A DNA stretch of 64,000 nucleotides from NCBI GenBank assembly GCA_022813865.1, contig JALDZX010000039.1:124001-188000 (forward strand), read 5' to 3'. Of this stretch, positions 26,600 to 39,959 are shown one piece after another. A program made the position numbers and the translations under genes. The notes beneath the pieces were generated by a model. That model had not been told where the DNA came from. It was given only the letters and a program-made list of their open reading frames with translations, and did not search any database. How positions within the stretch are numbered: position 1 is the first letter of the stretch; each line of letters opens with the position of its first letter. This DNA is from Xylographa opegraphella (lineage: Eukaryota).

Positions 26600-27613
26600 A
26601 TGGCGTCTGGCTATGACAGAGCGTTGTCTGGTATGTATCCTGCCAGCAATGTCTTGCTTATGCTAACTCCACGAAGTGTTTAGGTATGTTCGGATCAGTT
26701 GTTACTATCACGATTTTTTTAACAGTTGAAGCCCCGACGGACATGTTTTTCAGGTGGAATATGCCCTCGAAGCTGTAAAGCGAGGTATGCCCAATAACCT
26801 TCACGGGATTATATACGCGCTAAACATTTGAAGGTACATGTGCCGTAGGCGTCAAGGGGAAAGACCTCGTGGTCTTGGGTTGTGAGAAGCGATCAGCTAT
26901 GAAATTACAGGACACAAGGATTACGCCTTCCAAGATTGGTTTGGTGGATACCCACGTCTGCCTTGCTTTTGCAGGCCTTAATGCGGACGCCCGAATACTG
27001 GTCGATAAAGCACGATTAGAAGCTCAGTCACATAGACTCACTGTTGAGGATCCGGTTACCATCGAGTACATCACAAAGTATGTCGCAGGGGTACAGCAGC
27101 GGTATACACAGAGCGGAGGAGTACGGCCATTCGGACTAAGCACGTTGATAGTCGGATTTGACCCTAATGACAAGACCCCACGTCTGTATCAAACAGAACC
27201 TTCGGGCATTTACTCCGCATGGTGGGCTTTACCCAAGCAATCCTTCTGTTGTCGTCAGGCTTACAAGTCGCAGGAAAGCCAATGCAATCGGACGATCCAG
27301 CAAAACTGTCCGAGAATTCCTGGAACGTAACCATAAAGATGATATGGATCGCGAAGAGACCATCAAGCTAACAGTAAAATCACTTCTGGAAGTGGTTCAG
27401 ACCGGAGCTAAGAATATTGAAATCGCTATTATGTCTCCTGGGCAGAAACTTGAGATGCTGCCGGTGGAGGATATCGAGTCATACGTTAAGAGCATCGAGA
27501 CCGAGAAGCAAGAAGAAGCGGCGAAGAAGAAGAGTGGCCGGACGCCTGGAACAGGAACGGCGGCCATATTGACGAGAGGACCCGAGAGCTCAGATCAACC
27601 TACTCAAAGCTAG
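26600..27613 (+). CDS. PRE6: 20S proteasome subunit alpha-4
   Basis: Exons 26600-26630, 26677-26683 (7 nt), 26732-26784, 26834-27221, 27274-27613. Product [31 protein letters not shown]...[11 protein letters not shown]. Confidence 0.96.
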
Positions 27614-27800
27614 TGTGAGACTGATAAGGAGCGTCGATGCTAGTAGGAATAACATTGTACTAGTTTTGTTCCACGATCATGCTTTAGTCTTCGGGAATGC
27701 TGCAACCTGAGTCCAATGTTCATAAAGCAACCATTCATCTCCGGTCACCATGCCGCTAAAACAAAGCTCTCTCTACAATTTGAAAGCATGCCCAGATCTC

Positions 27801-28389
27801 TCATCCCAGCCTATTTGGGGCATCTTTGACATCAAATATCGAACGTTGCTTCTCTTGCTCTAGCCGGTCATCCTTGAGCATGCGTGAGTCTATTCGGACG
27901 TCCTCTCCTTCGAATTTGAGCGTAGGCTTTGGGGTTATAGCGTCAAGAACATAATGATTATCGCAGTGAGGACAATACTCGTCGCTTTCTATACGTAAGC
28001 ACCAGATCACGGAGCAGCAAAGTGTAAAAGTAGATCCAACCTTTCTTCAAATTCTTGACCATCTTTCCTGAAACATTTCTTACACTTTTTGCATGCAAAT
28101 GTCTGCAATAGGATTTAGTCTAAGATCAGACACTTTACCATCCAGGCGACAGTACCATATCGAGCTTTTGCATCAATGGGTGGTCTTCTTGTTCGTAATG
28201 ACAATCTGCACAATCGAACCACTTCCGGCCTAACGCATACTCAACTTAGTCCATGATCTAGACCTAGAATCCGTTCCATATCCGGAATCTTACAGCAGGG
28301 TGACCTGATGGAGACTTGCGCGTTGAGCACATGTTTACTGATCCGATTTAGCGGGAAATAGGTTACTTTGGTGAGATCAAATACCACAT
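27801..28389 (-). CDS. CHY-type zinc finger protein
   Basis: Multi-exon gene with a 5-nt first coding exon (ATGTG). Product MCKHVLNAQVSIRSPC..KWFDCADCH..FACKKCKKCFRKD..DEYCPHCDNHY. Confidence 0.88.
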
Positions 28390-28968
28390 ATTTCACGATG
28401 AGAAGAGAAGCGGAGGGCCACGAAAGCTGCCTCAGGCACAGTGGAAATGATGGATGAATAAGGTAGGTGGAAGTTGATATAATCTGTAATTGGAAGCGGT
28501 CGATTCTCTAATATCACACGCGAATGAGGCTCTGCGGAATTAAGAATAGCGTAGGCCCTAGTCCTAGTCTGCTCGCATCCTAGTCTCATCCTTGCTCGCA
28601 TTGCCGAATGCGAAACCTGGAGAAGCTTCAATGCTGATGGCAGAAGAATACCTAATTTTGCGTGAAACGCTGAACGGTATCTTACCAAGGACTAAAAGCA
28701 AACATCGATTGTCCAGATATCGATGTTGGAAATGTCATATAGCATACACTGCACAATTCTGCGTCTCAAGGTGACTCTTGAACATCCATCATCTCAAACT
28801 ACGGTATTATCTTCATCAATGGGTTAGTCGATATTCCAAGATATCGCACAACCGGGGATGTGCTTAAGGAAACCTCTTATCTTATACTCTATGAAATGAT
28901 CCACTTAATTTAGCTGTGTGGAATTATGCTGTAGTGCCTTCGATCTCTGATTATTTAGCTATTTAACA

Positions 28969-31900
28969 ATGGAGCCGAGCGATGGGGAGTGCACGGATGC
29001 TTCTTCGATTGTCAGTATCTTCACCTTGTGATTCGCAAAACCGCTGATGTTATTTTCAGAAGCCAGTGTCCTCTCTTCGATCCCATTTCGAAGGTATGAC
29101 AGTTTCGAAGGCGTCAAAGCCAATTGCAAAATCTACAAAAGTAGTAGGCACACCATCATATTTCGAACCGGAACGAGGTCGCTCGTCCTTAGACGTTTCA
29201 AGAAGAGGACTGCCTTGGAAAAATTCTACACAAACACAAAATAGTGGTGGGGAGGAGAGTTCCAGCGCATCAGTTAAGCCTGTGTCGCGCACTCTCCATA
29301 ATGGAGTTGCTTCACGACAGCGGCCAGTATCTATGGGACCTCTATCCCCCCCACGGACACCTCCAGTGGTTCAAGTGATATCTCCAAAATCCCCGCCGAA
29401 GTCAATCGAATGGCCGTTAATGCCACCTCCAAGTGCGTTTTCATCGAGCAATTCAGGTCCGAAATCATCAGTTCCACCTACAATTCCACCTGCACGTACT
29501 CCAAATCGTTCTCCAAGACCTTCCGCTCCTGTTCAGGCTTCATCTTTCTCAGAGCCGGTTTCAAAAGCCAGCTCGGTTGCCAGTTCGTCACAAATTAGCT
29601 TGGGCGCTACGTTGTCTATGCCTCCACCTATTAATCGCGCAGATAAACCAAAAATACCCATAAAACGCTCCATGGCCGACTCTCGACCTGGATTGAAATC
29701 GCTCGAACCATCTGAAGCACAAAAGCATGATAGAGTCTCTCCTTTCAGTACTCCGCCTAGTAGCACCGAAGGAAGCCCTGAAGTCGAACATCATGGTACA
29801 AACGTGGCAGCAGCTAGACATACACAAAAGTCTGTGTCACATACGACAATAGATAGCTACTTCCCACCCCCTCCTATGCACCATACGGTAGAGGCAAGAC
29901 GTGAAGCCAGAACTACTTCAATTTCGCACGCAGCGCGGCCCCACAATACAAGGGACAACAGACTCACTACAACTTCGAGCCAAATACTCAATCAATCTGA
30001 TCGAGGCTCTGTGCCATCGTCGATTAGGACGCCTCACGATGTTGGAAGCGAGCTTGGCAAAAGATCGGATCCAATTCGGGCACCACAATCACGACGAACT
30101 GTTCCCATGCGGCCGCATGCGGCAAGCCAAGTGACGCGTTCCTTTACGGACTTTTTGCCTCCTCCAAAACGCAGTGCTGTATCCGGCAGTCAGGCTATTC
30201 CATCTAGAAATGGTAGTCCATCACCACAAATGTCAATGCTCCTACCGCCTCGTACTTCGAGCGACCTCTGCATTCCAGGACACACTCGCACGACGAGTCG
30301 GAGAGCAGACACAAATCTACACGAGTCAGCTAACAGTGAACATGAAGTACTCACGACTACTTCGATAGATTACCCAGATGCCACACAAACAAATCGACGC
30401 CCTCCTCATGTGCGTAATGGTACCAAGCAAATTGACACTCGATACGAAACAAGGCTATTTGACATTTGCGGCAAACACCTCTGCACTACAGGCTATTTGA
30501 CCAGAGTCTGGGATCTTGCCAGTGGGAAATTGCTGGTTGACATGAGCCATGGCGAGAGAGAGGTCAAGATCACTGCTCTTGCATTCAAGCCTAGTCTAGA
30601 AAATGGAGAGGAGGGGCTTCGGATTTGGCTTGGTTCCAATTTTGGGGACATTCAGGAACTCGACCTTGTCACTCAGGGTATTACTCAGACAAAGTCACAG
30701 GCACACACAAGGCGCGAAATCCTGAGAATATACCGCCATCAGAATTCCATGTGGTCTCTGGATGATGATGGGAAGCTCCACATATGGCCAGCCGATGATC
30801 AAGGTCTACCAGATCTTCAAGGAGTTCCACTGGTGCATAGAGTGACCAAAGGTCATACGTACTCGATTGTTGTTGGAGGCCAATTATGGCTCGCCACAGG
30901 CAAGGAGTTAAGAGTTTTCAGACCTGGCTCGACTGGCGATGATTCGTTTTACGTCACTCAGCAACCCCTGGTGCAACCGAATACTGGAGAAATCACTTCT
31001 GGTGCGGTTATTAGCAGTCAGCTACAACATCTTTATTTCGGTCATACCGATGGCAAAGTGTCCGTTTATTCCAGTACCGACTGTAGGTGCTTGGCTGTTG
31101 TCAATGTGAGCTCGTACAAGATAAACACATTGGCTGGCGCAGGCGATTATTTATGGGCAGGCTATAACACCGGAATGATTTACGTGTACGACACAAGGAC
31201 ACAACCTTGGCAGGTCAAGAAAGACTGGCTTGCTCACGAAAATCCTGTTCTTGGTATTGTGGCAGATCGAAGCTGTGTTTGGAAGCTGGGTGGCATACAA
31301 GTCGCATCTATTGGTATTGACAATGCTGTCAGAATGTGGGATGGCATGCTCGAGGATGACTGGCTTGGTATGTATCAAACTCGTTGTCAAGTTTTGGTTT
31401 TTCTAATGACTTGGTATAGAGAATGACATGCATGAACATGATACCGAGTATTGTGAGTTCGGAGAAATCACTACAATGGTAGCTACGTGGAACGCGGGCG
31501 CTACTACACCGTCTAGCCTTCGTCAAGAAGACAAAGATAACAACTTCTTTCGAGAAGTCATCCAAAGTAACGATCCACCTGACATACTAGTCTTCGGTTT
31601 CCAAGAGTTGGTTGATCTTGAGGACAAAAGACTTACCGCAAGTTAGTAGTTCATGAACTTGGTTCGTGCTCAACTAATGTTATCTAGAAAGTTTTTTTAT
31701 GGGCAACAAGAAGAGAGACCCCTCTGAACAAGACAGCATGAGCCATCAGTATAGAGCCTGGCGGGACTTCTTAGTGCGGGTGATACAGGACCACATGGCG
31801 TCTGACCAGGAATATCATCTTTTGCACACTGCCAACATGGTAGGGCTCTTTAGTTGTGTATTCATTAAAGCATCACTCCGAACGCACGTCCGGAATGTTC

Positions 31901-32817
31901 AGGTTATAGAAGTCAAGCGTGGCCTAGGCGGCCTCCATGGAAACAAGGTTCGTGAATGGTTGATACAGCATTCGGAACGAAAGTATTAACCATAGCTTTA
32001 TAGGGGGCTTTGGTACTACGGTTTATCCTCAATGACACTTCGTTGTGTTTTGTCAATTGCCATTTAGCTGCTGGTCAGACTCATACAGTGCAGAGGAACA
32101 GCGATATTACAGCTATTCTGGAGGCAAATTTTCTCTCTGCTGAAAGGGATCCAGCCGCTAGGATGGATAATTTTGTAGGTGGAGGTGACGGGTCGATGAT
32201 TATGGACCACGAGATCTGTATTGTGAATGGAGATTTGAACTATCGAATCGACACTATGGGCCGAGATGCAGTGGTCAAAGCAATCAAGGCAAACAACCTT
32301 GCAAGACTGCTAGAAAGAGATCAGCTTCTTGTCTCTCGGAGGAGAAATCCCGCCTTTCGACTACGTGCGTTCCACGAACTGCCAATCACCTTCGCCCCTA
32401 CGTATAAGTACGACGTGGGTACCGATAACTACGACTCCAGCGAAAAGCACCGCTCTCCTGCATGGTGTGATCGTTTGTTGTACCGTGGGGTGGGTCGTAT
32501 CAAGCAGCTCCACTACCGGCGGCATGAGTTACGCATCTCAGATCACCGGCCAGTCAGCGGAGTTTTCCGAATGCGGATCAAATCAATCACGCCCAAGAAG
32601 CGAGTTCTCGTGTGGCAAGAATGTCAGGAAAGGTTTATCCAAGTGAAGCAGAAGCTTGAAAGGGAAGTCAAGTAAGTACTACCACTTGATTACAAAGCGA
32701 TCTTTCATAACTTGTGCTATTTAAGACCCAAGGATGCTGATCTTGCCATGTTTCAGGGTTGATTATCTGGTGAACGTCCTCGGTGTCAGCGAACATGAGG
32801 CATTGGGCTTGGTCTAG
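28969..32817 (+). CDS. Inositol polyphosphate 5-phosphatase with Pro/Ser-rich N-terminus and WD40-like propeller
   Basis: Six exons. Catalytic motifs TWNAG, FGFQE, GNKG, VNCHLAAG, GDLNYRI, PTYKYD, PAWCDR and SDHRPV. Confidence 0.94.
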
Positions 32818-33206
32818 AACAGCCTTATCTCTTTTGCTCACTTCAGAAGATCTGAAAATGGTAAATTCGATTTCTTGCATGGCGGCGGTGTTGTTGAACC
32901 CTCAGGGTCAGCTAGATAAATGGCATGTTCAAGCCTAAGGTAATAAATGACCTGGGGAGAATAGAGGCTTGCGGCTCTGCGGCCTGGCACTACTTTAGTC
33001 CGCTGTCCAGGTACAAGCTTGGCATGCAAATGGCAACATCAGAATGTCGTCACGAGTCCGCCGTGTCAACATCCTGACCAAAGTGTCTCAGATCATGGTA
33101 ATCATGGCGTACCACAGATTCGCGAGGTCATCGTTTTCACCGCCGCCGATCCATTGCTGCAGTCAGACTTTAAACAAGCACTGGATGAGTTGATACCCAG
33201 CTACTC

Positions 33207-34112
33207 ATGCCTCCCCACCTGAAATTATCAACACATCTTGCATTTAAGTTTGCCGTTCCTCACGCATCCGTCACACGAACCACTTTTCCTAAAGCTGTTC
33301 TTACCTCTCATACTTACAAACAACGGTTCTCGGTCACCGCTAGGTCATTCGCAGAGTCAGCTATGTCTGACGGACAAAACAAGAATGTTAGTGAGCCGCA
33401 AGGCGGATCTGATGACTGGAAGCACCGCGCCCCCTACAAGGTTCACGACAGCAACGAAAATTTCCCCGTCCGCTACGAGGGCAGTTGCCATTGTGGGCGT
33501 GTCAAGTATCAGTTGAGCCGTGAGAAACCATTGGCGTCCAAGTACTGCCATTGCACTACATGCCAACGTCTCCATGGTTCGTGTTGACCTCCCAGTCCAG
33601 CACTAGATCCTACTCATTTTGCTGCACAGGATCATGCTTTCAATGGGCCGCTATCTTCCACAAAGAGGACATCAACTTTACTCACGGCCACCACGACCTC
33701 GGATGGTACGACAGCTCAGAGAAGACCACCAAACATAAGCTGCCATGCAAAGTCAGCTGCGCCTACTGCCGATCACCGATCATGGATGAGGGGAGGAATA
33801 TGATCCTATTGTTCCCCAGCTTGATCAAGTTTGAATCAAAAGAAGATCGAGACAAGTTTGCACCAACGTCAGTTCACTTTTCAGTTTACATTCCCGATTA
33901 GGCTTACAGATCATAGCTGCCACATGTTCTATCCTATGCGACAGCTCGACATTCCAGATGGCAAGCCGAAGTGGACCGGTATTGACGGTCAGAGCGATCT
34001 TTGTGAGGACAGCCCGCCCGATCTCAAAAGGAAGAGGGAGGAGGAGAAGAAGAAGGAAGAGAAGGAGAAGAAGAAGGAAGAGAAGGAGAAGAAAGAAAAA
34101 GGAGAGGAGTGA
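33207..34112 (+). CDS. GFA/CENP-V (Mss4-like) zinc-binding protein; alternative ATG at 33363
   Basis: Motifs GSCHCG, CHCTTCQRLHG and CAYCRSPIMDEGRN, plus HMFY. Introns about 33577-33629 and 33868-33917. Lys/Glu-rich tail. Confidence 0.9.
34044..34093 (+). repeat. 21-bp coding tandem repeat (EKKKEEK)
   Basis: GAGAAGAAGAAGGAAGAGAAG x2 plus a partial copy. Confidence 0.85.
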
Positions 34113-34632
34113 GCTGCCACATGATGTGTGGATTGCGGTGGCATTCGCACAACCTTGGGTCTGAACATATGAGAGCATTTTGGTGACCAGAAAGCATCTA
34201 CTAGCTCGTATTAATCACAAGCATGCGACACATAATTGACTGTGTCTGTATGCTGCTGTGAGGTGAGATACGATCATAAATTGTGGCTAGGTACGCTGCT
34301 AGACTCAATTGATATTTCAATTGATACCACTCCGTATAAAGCTAGGCCCAGAAGTCATAATAGAACATCACCTTAACATCACGATCGCATGTGATCATTC
34401 AATCCCATCCAAAATTGATGTTCGTCAGATCTCATGGACATCCTACTAGCTGACCAGTAGGATTTCCTGAAAGCGCTGTAATCTGTGTTTCGTAATTTTC
34501 AGAGTTTCAGAGTTTAGCGTCAATTGCTTGTAACAATATCAGAACTTTGGTGAGGTAAATCTCGACAACAATTTTGGCCAGGTGCATCCAACTGCATACT
34601 TTCTCTGCTCGGATCGTTGATAATTTATCAAC

Positions 34633-36452
34633 ATGACATCTATAGCGACGTCTCTCTCACGAGCTCTTCCAAAACCAAAATACACTGGCGAGCACGAAGA
34701 AATCCCGATCCATGCACAATCTCGAGGGCCACGGATAGTAGGCGCGGGGGCATTGGAGGACACGCAAGTAGTACTTAAGGTCAGTCGACAATGCTATTCT
34801 GCATCCTCGAGAGCAAATGCGAATGATTACAGAAATCGGGTCCACCGCCATACGGAAATCGAACAGGATGGCGTCCACGCTCAGTCGAAGATTACGGAGA
34901 TGGAGGAGCGTTTCCAGAAATCCCTGTCGCGCAGTATCCCTTGGATATGGGGCGCAAGTCAACATCAACATCGAATGCGCTGGCTGTACAGGTGGATGGT
35001 GAAGGGAAGGTGAAATATGATGCTATAGCGAGACGGGGTCACAACGACAAGCGCATTATACACGCCTCATTCAAGGATCTCATCCCCTTACGACAACGTG
35101 CAGATGTGGGAGAGATATCGCTGGAGCGACCGTCAGCAGAGGAGGTGGCAGCGTCGACGGAAAAGACGAAGAATGCCCTGGCTATATTGGTCGCAGGCGC
35201 TGTGACAGCACAGAAACCAAAAACTGTTAAGGGCATTACCAGAAACGAACCCACGTACGTCCGATATACTCCCGCGAACCAGATGGGTGATACTACTCGC
35301 AAGAATGATCGTATAATGAAAATCGTGGAGCGGCAACAAGACCCCATGGAACCTCCCAAGTTCAAGCATAAAAAGATTCCTCGCGGGCCTCCTTCCCCAC
35401 CTCCACCAGTCATGCACTCCCCTCCTCGGAAACTTACAGCCGAAGACCAAGAAGCCTGGAAGATTCCGCCTCCGATCTCCAACTGGAAGAATCCCAAAGG
35501 CTACACGGTTCCCCTCGACAAGCGCCTCGCCGCCGACGGCCGCGGCCTCCAAGACGTCACTATCAACGACAAATTCGCCCAGTTTGCAGAAGCCCTCTTC
35601 ACCGCCGATCGCCACGCCCGCGAAGAAGTCAAACAACGCGCCTCCATGCAGCAGAAACTCGCGGAGAAGGAAAAGGCCCAGAAGGAAGAACACTTACGTC
35701 AGCTTGCGCAAAAAGCGCGCGAGGAGCGCTCCGGCGCTGCACAGCGCCACTCGCGCGCTCGCTCCTACAGCGATTCGCGGTCCCGCTCCGCCTCGACCTC
35801 CTCGTCCACCGGCTCGCACGACGAAGCGGCCCGCGAGCGCGAGCAGATGCGGCGGGAACGGCAGCGCGAGCACGAGAAAACACTGCGGCAGTCGCGGATG
35901 GGCACGGAGCGGCGCATCCAGATGATGGCGCGCGAGCAGAACCGCGACATCTCGGAGCAAGTCGCGCTCGGGCTGGCCAAACCGACGCAGTCCTCGGAGG
36001 CGATGTGGGACTCCCGCCTCTTCAACCAGACCAGCGGCTTCGACACCGGCTTCAACGAGGACCAGGCCTACGACAAGCCGCTCTTTGCCGCCCAAGACGC
36101 CATCAACAGCATCTATCGCCCGCGCCAAAACATGGAGGACGAGGTCGACGAGGCCGCCGGCGGGGCGGAGCTCGATCGCATGGCGCGCAATAATCGCTTC
36201 GAAGTCCTGGGCAAGGTGGCCAAGGGCTTTAGGGGCGCCAGCGACGCCGAGGTCAGGGCCGGCCCGGTGCAGTTCGAGAAGGATACCGGAGCCGGGCTGC
36301 CGCCTCCCGTTGGGGAGGATGTCTTTGGGATTGATGAGATGATCAAGGAAGCCACGGGGGGGCAGGGTGGGAGTAGTGGGAAGCGGTATGGGGCGCAGGA
36401 GGAAGAGGGCAGGGCGACGAAGAGGGCGAGGGTGGAGGATGAGGAGAGTTAA
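34633..36452 (+). CDS. PRP45: Pre-mRNA splicing factor Prp45/SKIP (SNW domain)
   Basis: One intron about 34780-34832. Motifs DYGDGGAFPEI, DPMEPPKF, SPPRKLT, ISNWKNPKGY and GPVQFEK. Confidence 0.96.
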
Positions 36453-36742
36453 GTTAGGGATCAAGGAGGGGAGGGCCTTGTGCGCTGCTTTGCGAGGTAT
36501 TTTCGAGGACAAGAGGTTTAAGCTTCGATCTTGTGTCTACGGTAGCTTTAGCGGGAATACGCATTATGGGCGTTTTGGCATGATGGTCGCAGACGATCGC
36601 GTTTGTTGCACAGATGCTTACGAACTTGATTGCAAAAAAAAGTGTGGTTGATATATTGTGATTTCTGGTTTCTACCATGATGACATTAAGTGGGTAATTT
36701 TAATTCGGCACTAATTTGGCCTAAGCAATGAACACAACTTTT

Positions 36743-39643
36743 CTATTCGAGTCCTATCCACTCGTCCGAATGTACACCGTCTAAGGTATCTCGATGACCG
36801 TTCGTAGTCAGATCTGTCTGTACGATACCAGCCTCCATGCCTCCATCTTCCAGCATTTCCTTGTCTGAGTCCATCACCGGCTGCGCGAGGAGGTAATCCA
36901 GCGCGTAGATATTGTCGTCAGCCATCCGCGTCAGCTCGTGCTGTATCCTTGTGACAGCCTTCTGAACACTCCTCAGCTCGGCCGCGAAGCCGCCGCTGTT
37001 TTCCTTGAGATACCGCCCGTGCTGGCTCAGCAGCGCCTCGATCCATAACAAGTTGAACTCCAAGTGCGGGCTATCGTCTGTAGCCTGGGCAATGAACCTG
37101 AGTAGCCGAGCAAGGTAAACGGTAGGGAGTTCTTTGACGACGAAAGAGATATCAGACATGGGTATTCCTTCGTAGACACGGCGAATAAAGGGCCGCTCGT
37201 TGAGGCGGAAGGCCATAACTAGGGCGCGCAGGTAGTCGCCCGATGACAGGACTTCAAGGGTACTGGCAGGAGTGATTGAGAGATCGAGGTCGAAGGGGTC
37301 AAATTGGAGAATATTGTCGAGAGAGTAGATGAGAAGACCTTCTGTAGATGCAGCGCAAAAAGAGCGGGCGGTAGGGGAGAAGGCGAGGGCTGTAACACGA
37401 ACTTGTGGTCTGGTTCGCCGTACGGATAAATCACCGCGACTTGCGCCCGGTAAAGTCTTGTCGAGACGATCTTCGAGATCAGAAGCTTCGCCTTGGGTAT
37501 CTATGAGACCTGCGGGACCCGCTTCTGTAAGATTTCTGCTATTGAGATATTCTTGGGTGCCGTCGAGCGCCAGGTTGATCGAAACTGTGAATTTTTTGAC
37601 AAGTACGCCAGATTGCACGTCGTAGAGACAAATGTACTTGCTGTTGCCACCAGCGAGGACACAGCTACCGTCGACGCTGTAAGCTATAGAATTGAAGGCC
37701 TTGGATCCGGCAGCATTTGCAGCAGTTCGTCGATCTGTTAGTTGACGACCTCCAGAAACATCACGTCGGCCGTCGACACCAGTTTCTTGACTTCCTTCGG
37801 AGATCGACCAGAATGTGAGCTGGCCATCGAGAGTAGAGATAGCGACTTGCTTCGAATCCGGTCGAATTGCAAGATCCAGGACATCAGCTTGAAGTAGCAG
37901 AGACTCACTGGTTTGTGTTCTGGCAAAGAGGCTCCATATCCGTACAGTGTGGTCCCAACTACCACTGATACAAATTCCACCACTTGGTGCGAATGCCAGA
38001 CTCGACACTGGTCCTTCATGACCAGCCAACTGATCTAACAATTGTCCTGTCTGGACCGACCATATATGTATATCGAAGGAATCCACAGAGCCGGCGCAGA
38101 TGACCTCTCCACTAGGGTCGACTGCAATGGACGAGAATGGTAGCCGTGTAGGTGCAGTGAACGTTTTAAAGTTTCGATACCGAATCAAATCCCATGCTCG
38201 CACAGAGCCGTCCAGACTTGAGGTGAAAAGCACTTTCCCCCGCTTCGAGAACTCGCATGCGGTAACCGCGGCTGAATGCTCTGTAAATGTGACTATACAA
38301 AACCCTGATTGAACGTCCCACACTTTTATTTTGCCATCATCTGCTGCGGTGATTACTTGCTGGCCATCAGGAGAATAGACCAGAGAATTGATGGAATCAA
38401 AGTGGCCCTGTTGTTTTAGGATGTAAGACTCTGATTGCCATTCCCAAACCAGAAGTTGTCCAAGCTTTGAAGCACCAAACGCGAGCCATTCTCCAGATTT
38501 GTTTATTGATACAAAGTCAATATCACTTTGTGAGATACTACCAATTGTTAACACAATTACCCTAGGGCTTAGCGTTGGGATTTGGGTAGTGGAACCTTAA
38601 TGTATGTATCATATTGAAATCGGGTAATTCGTATAGACCAAAGATCCCATTAGAAAATCCAACCACTATTAGATCCGATGGAGCATAGTAAGTTGCACAA
38701 TTGACCTTTGCGTTGTTCTGCAAGAAGTAATCACGCTTTACTATTCTCCATCGCGAATTGTCGTCATTTGTCGACTCCTCTTCGGCATTGCCATTCTCCA
38801 CGACTCTTGGTACATATGCCCAGCTAAACAATGCGCCATCTCGACTAACGGTGCAAATCTAAATTGGATATGAGCATTCAATTCTCCATCAATAGATTGA
38901 CGAAGTGTATTACCGTCTCCTGGTCGCCAGTGAACCATGCCCCGAGGACACCCTCGCGATGACCTGCCAAGGTAGTTGGGACAAAACCCTCTTCAGGGTT
39001 TAGACTCCAGATCTTGGCTGTGAGGTCCTTTGCTGAACTCAAAAAGAACCTCGAGTCACTCGACCATTCTACACTTTCCACTGCATCGTAATGACCAGCG
39101 TATACTCTGTGTTTGACAAACGGGGCGAATTCAAGCTCGCCCTCTGTCGTTGAATCCGGAGTTGAGGGCGTATGCCATACTTCGACAAAACGTCCCAGCC
39201 CGACGGCGAAGTAACCGCCAGAAGGAGAAAAGGCTAAAGCGGAGACCGCGCCTTTGAATGAGAAGTGGTGGAGTGCTAGTCGCCGAGGAAAATTTGTGAG
39301 AATTGCATGACCTTCTTCGTCGATTGATAGGAGTAAATTTCCGCGGGGCGTTAAGGCTATTCGGGAGATGTTTCGGCGATGTGCAAAAGGGAGGGTGTAG
39401 GACTTATTACTGCCCTTGTTAGTACTGCCTTGAATAGGACATGAACGAAAAGCTACTCACTTCACCAGGTCGAAGACTGTCACCCGATTTCCCACCGGAG
39501 ACAAGAGGCACGTTCCGTCTGGGGTGAATAGTAGATTCCCTTTACAGTAAACGGTGCCTAAGAGATTCGAAAACTATGTTAGAGTGAGCCTAGAGTGGAA
39601 TATCAGGAGCTCGAATGCTACATACCCGAAAGTCAGTCTTCAT
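36743..39643 (-). CDS. PWP2: Periodic tryptophan protein 2 (SSU processome, UTP1)
   Basis: Start MKTDFR|FSNLLGTVYCKGN. Tandem WD40 repeats, LGQLLVWEWQSESYILKQQGH, and a Utp12-type C-terminus (FDPFDLD, PHLEF). Several introns. Confidence 0.96.
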
Positions 39644-39959
39644 GACTGTGACCACAGAAAATTGGACCGCAGTCTTCTTTGCATTTTTGCCAAAGCTTGC
39701 CCGCTCTCCAATTAGGGTCAGAATATCGATAGCTTAGCGAGACTAGGGGTCTAATGCACGGGCCACAATTCTAAATTTCTGGAGAAACACGCTTCCCCCT
39801 TTACCCGCAGATGTTTCAAACAGCTTTAACGTCGGACACTTCAACGACTAAATCAAACGCTTGTGAATTATTCAACTCTCCACAAGGCCCACGTTCTACT
39901 GAGATAATTGTTTGCTCTATACTCAGCGCTCGCTAGTCTGTCGCAGCCCTCAACTCACC

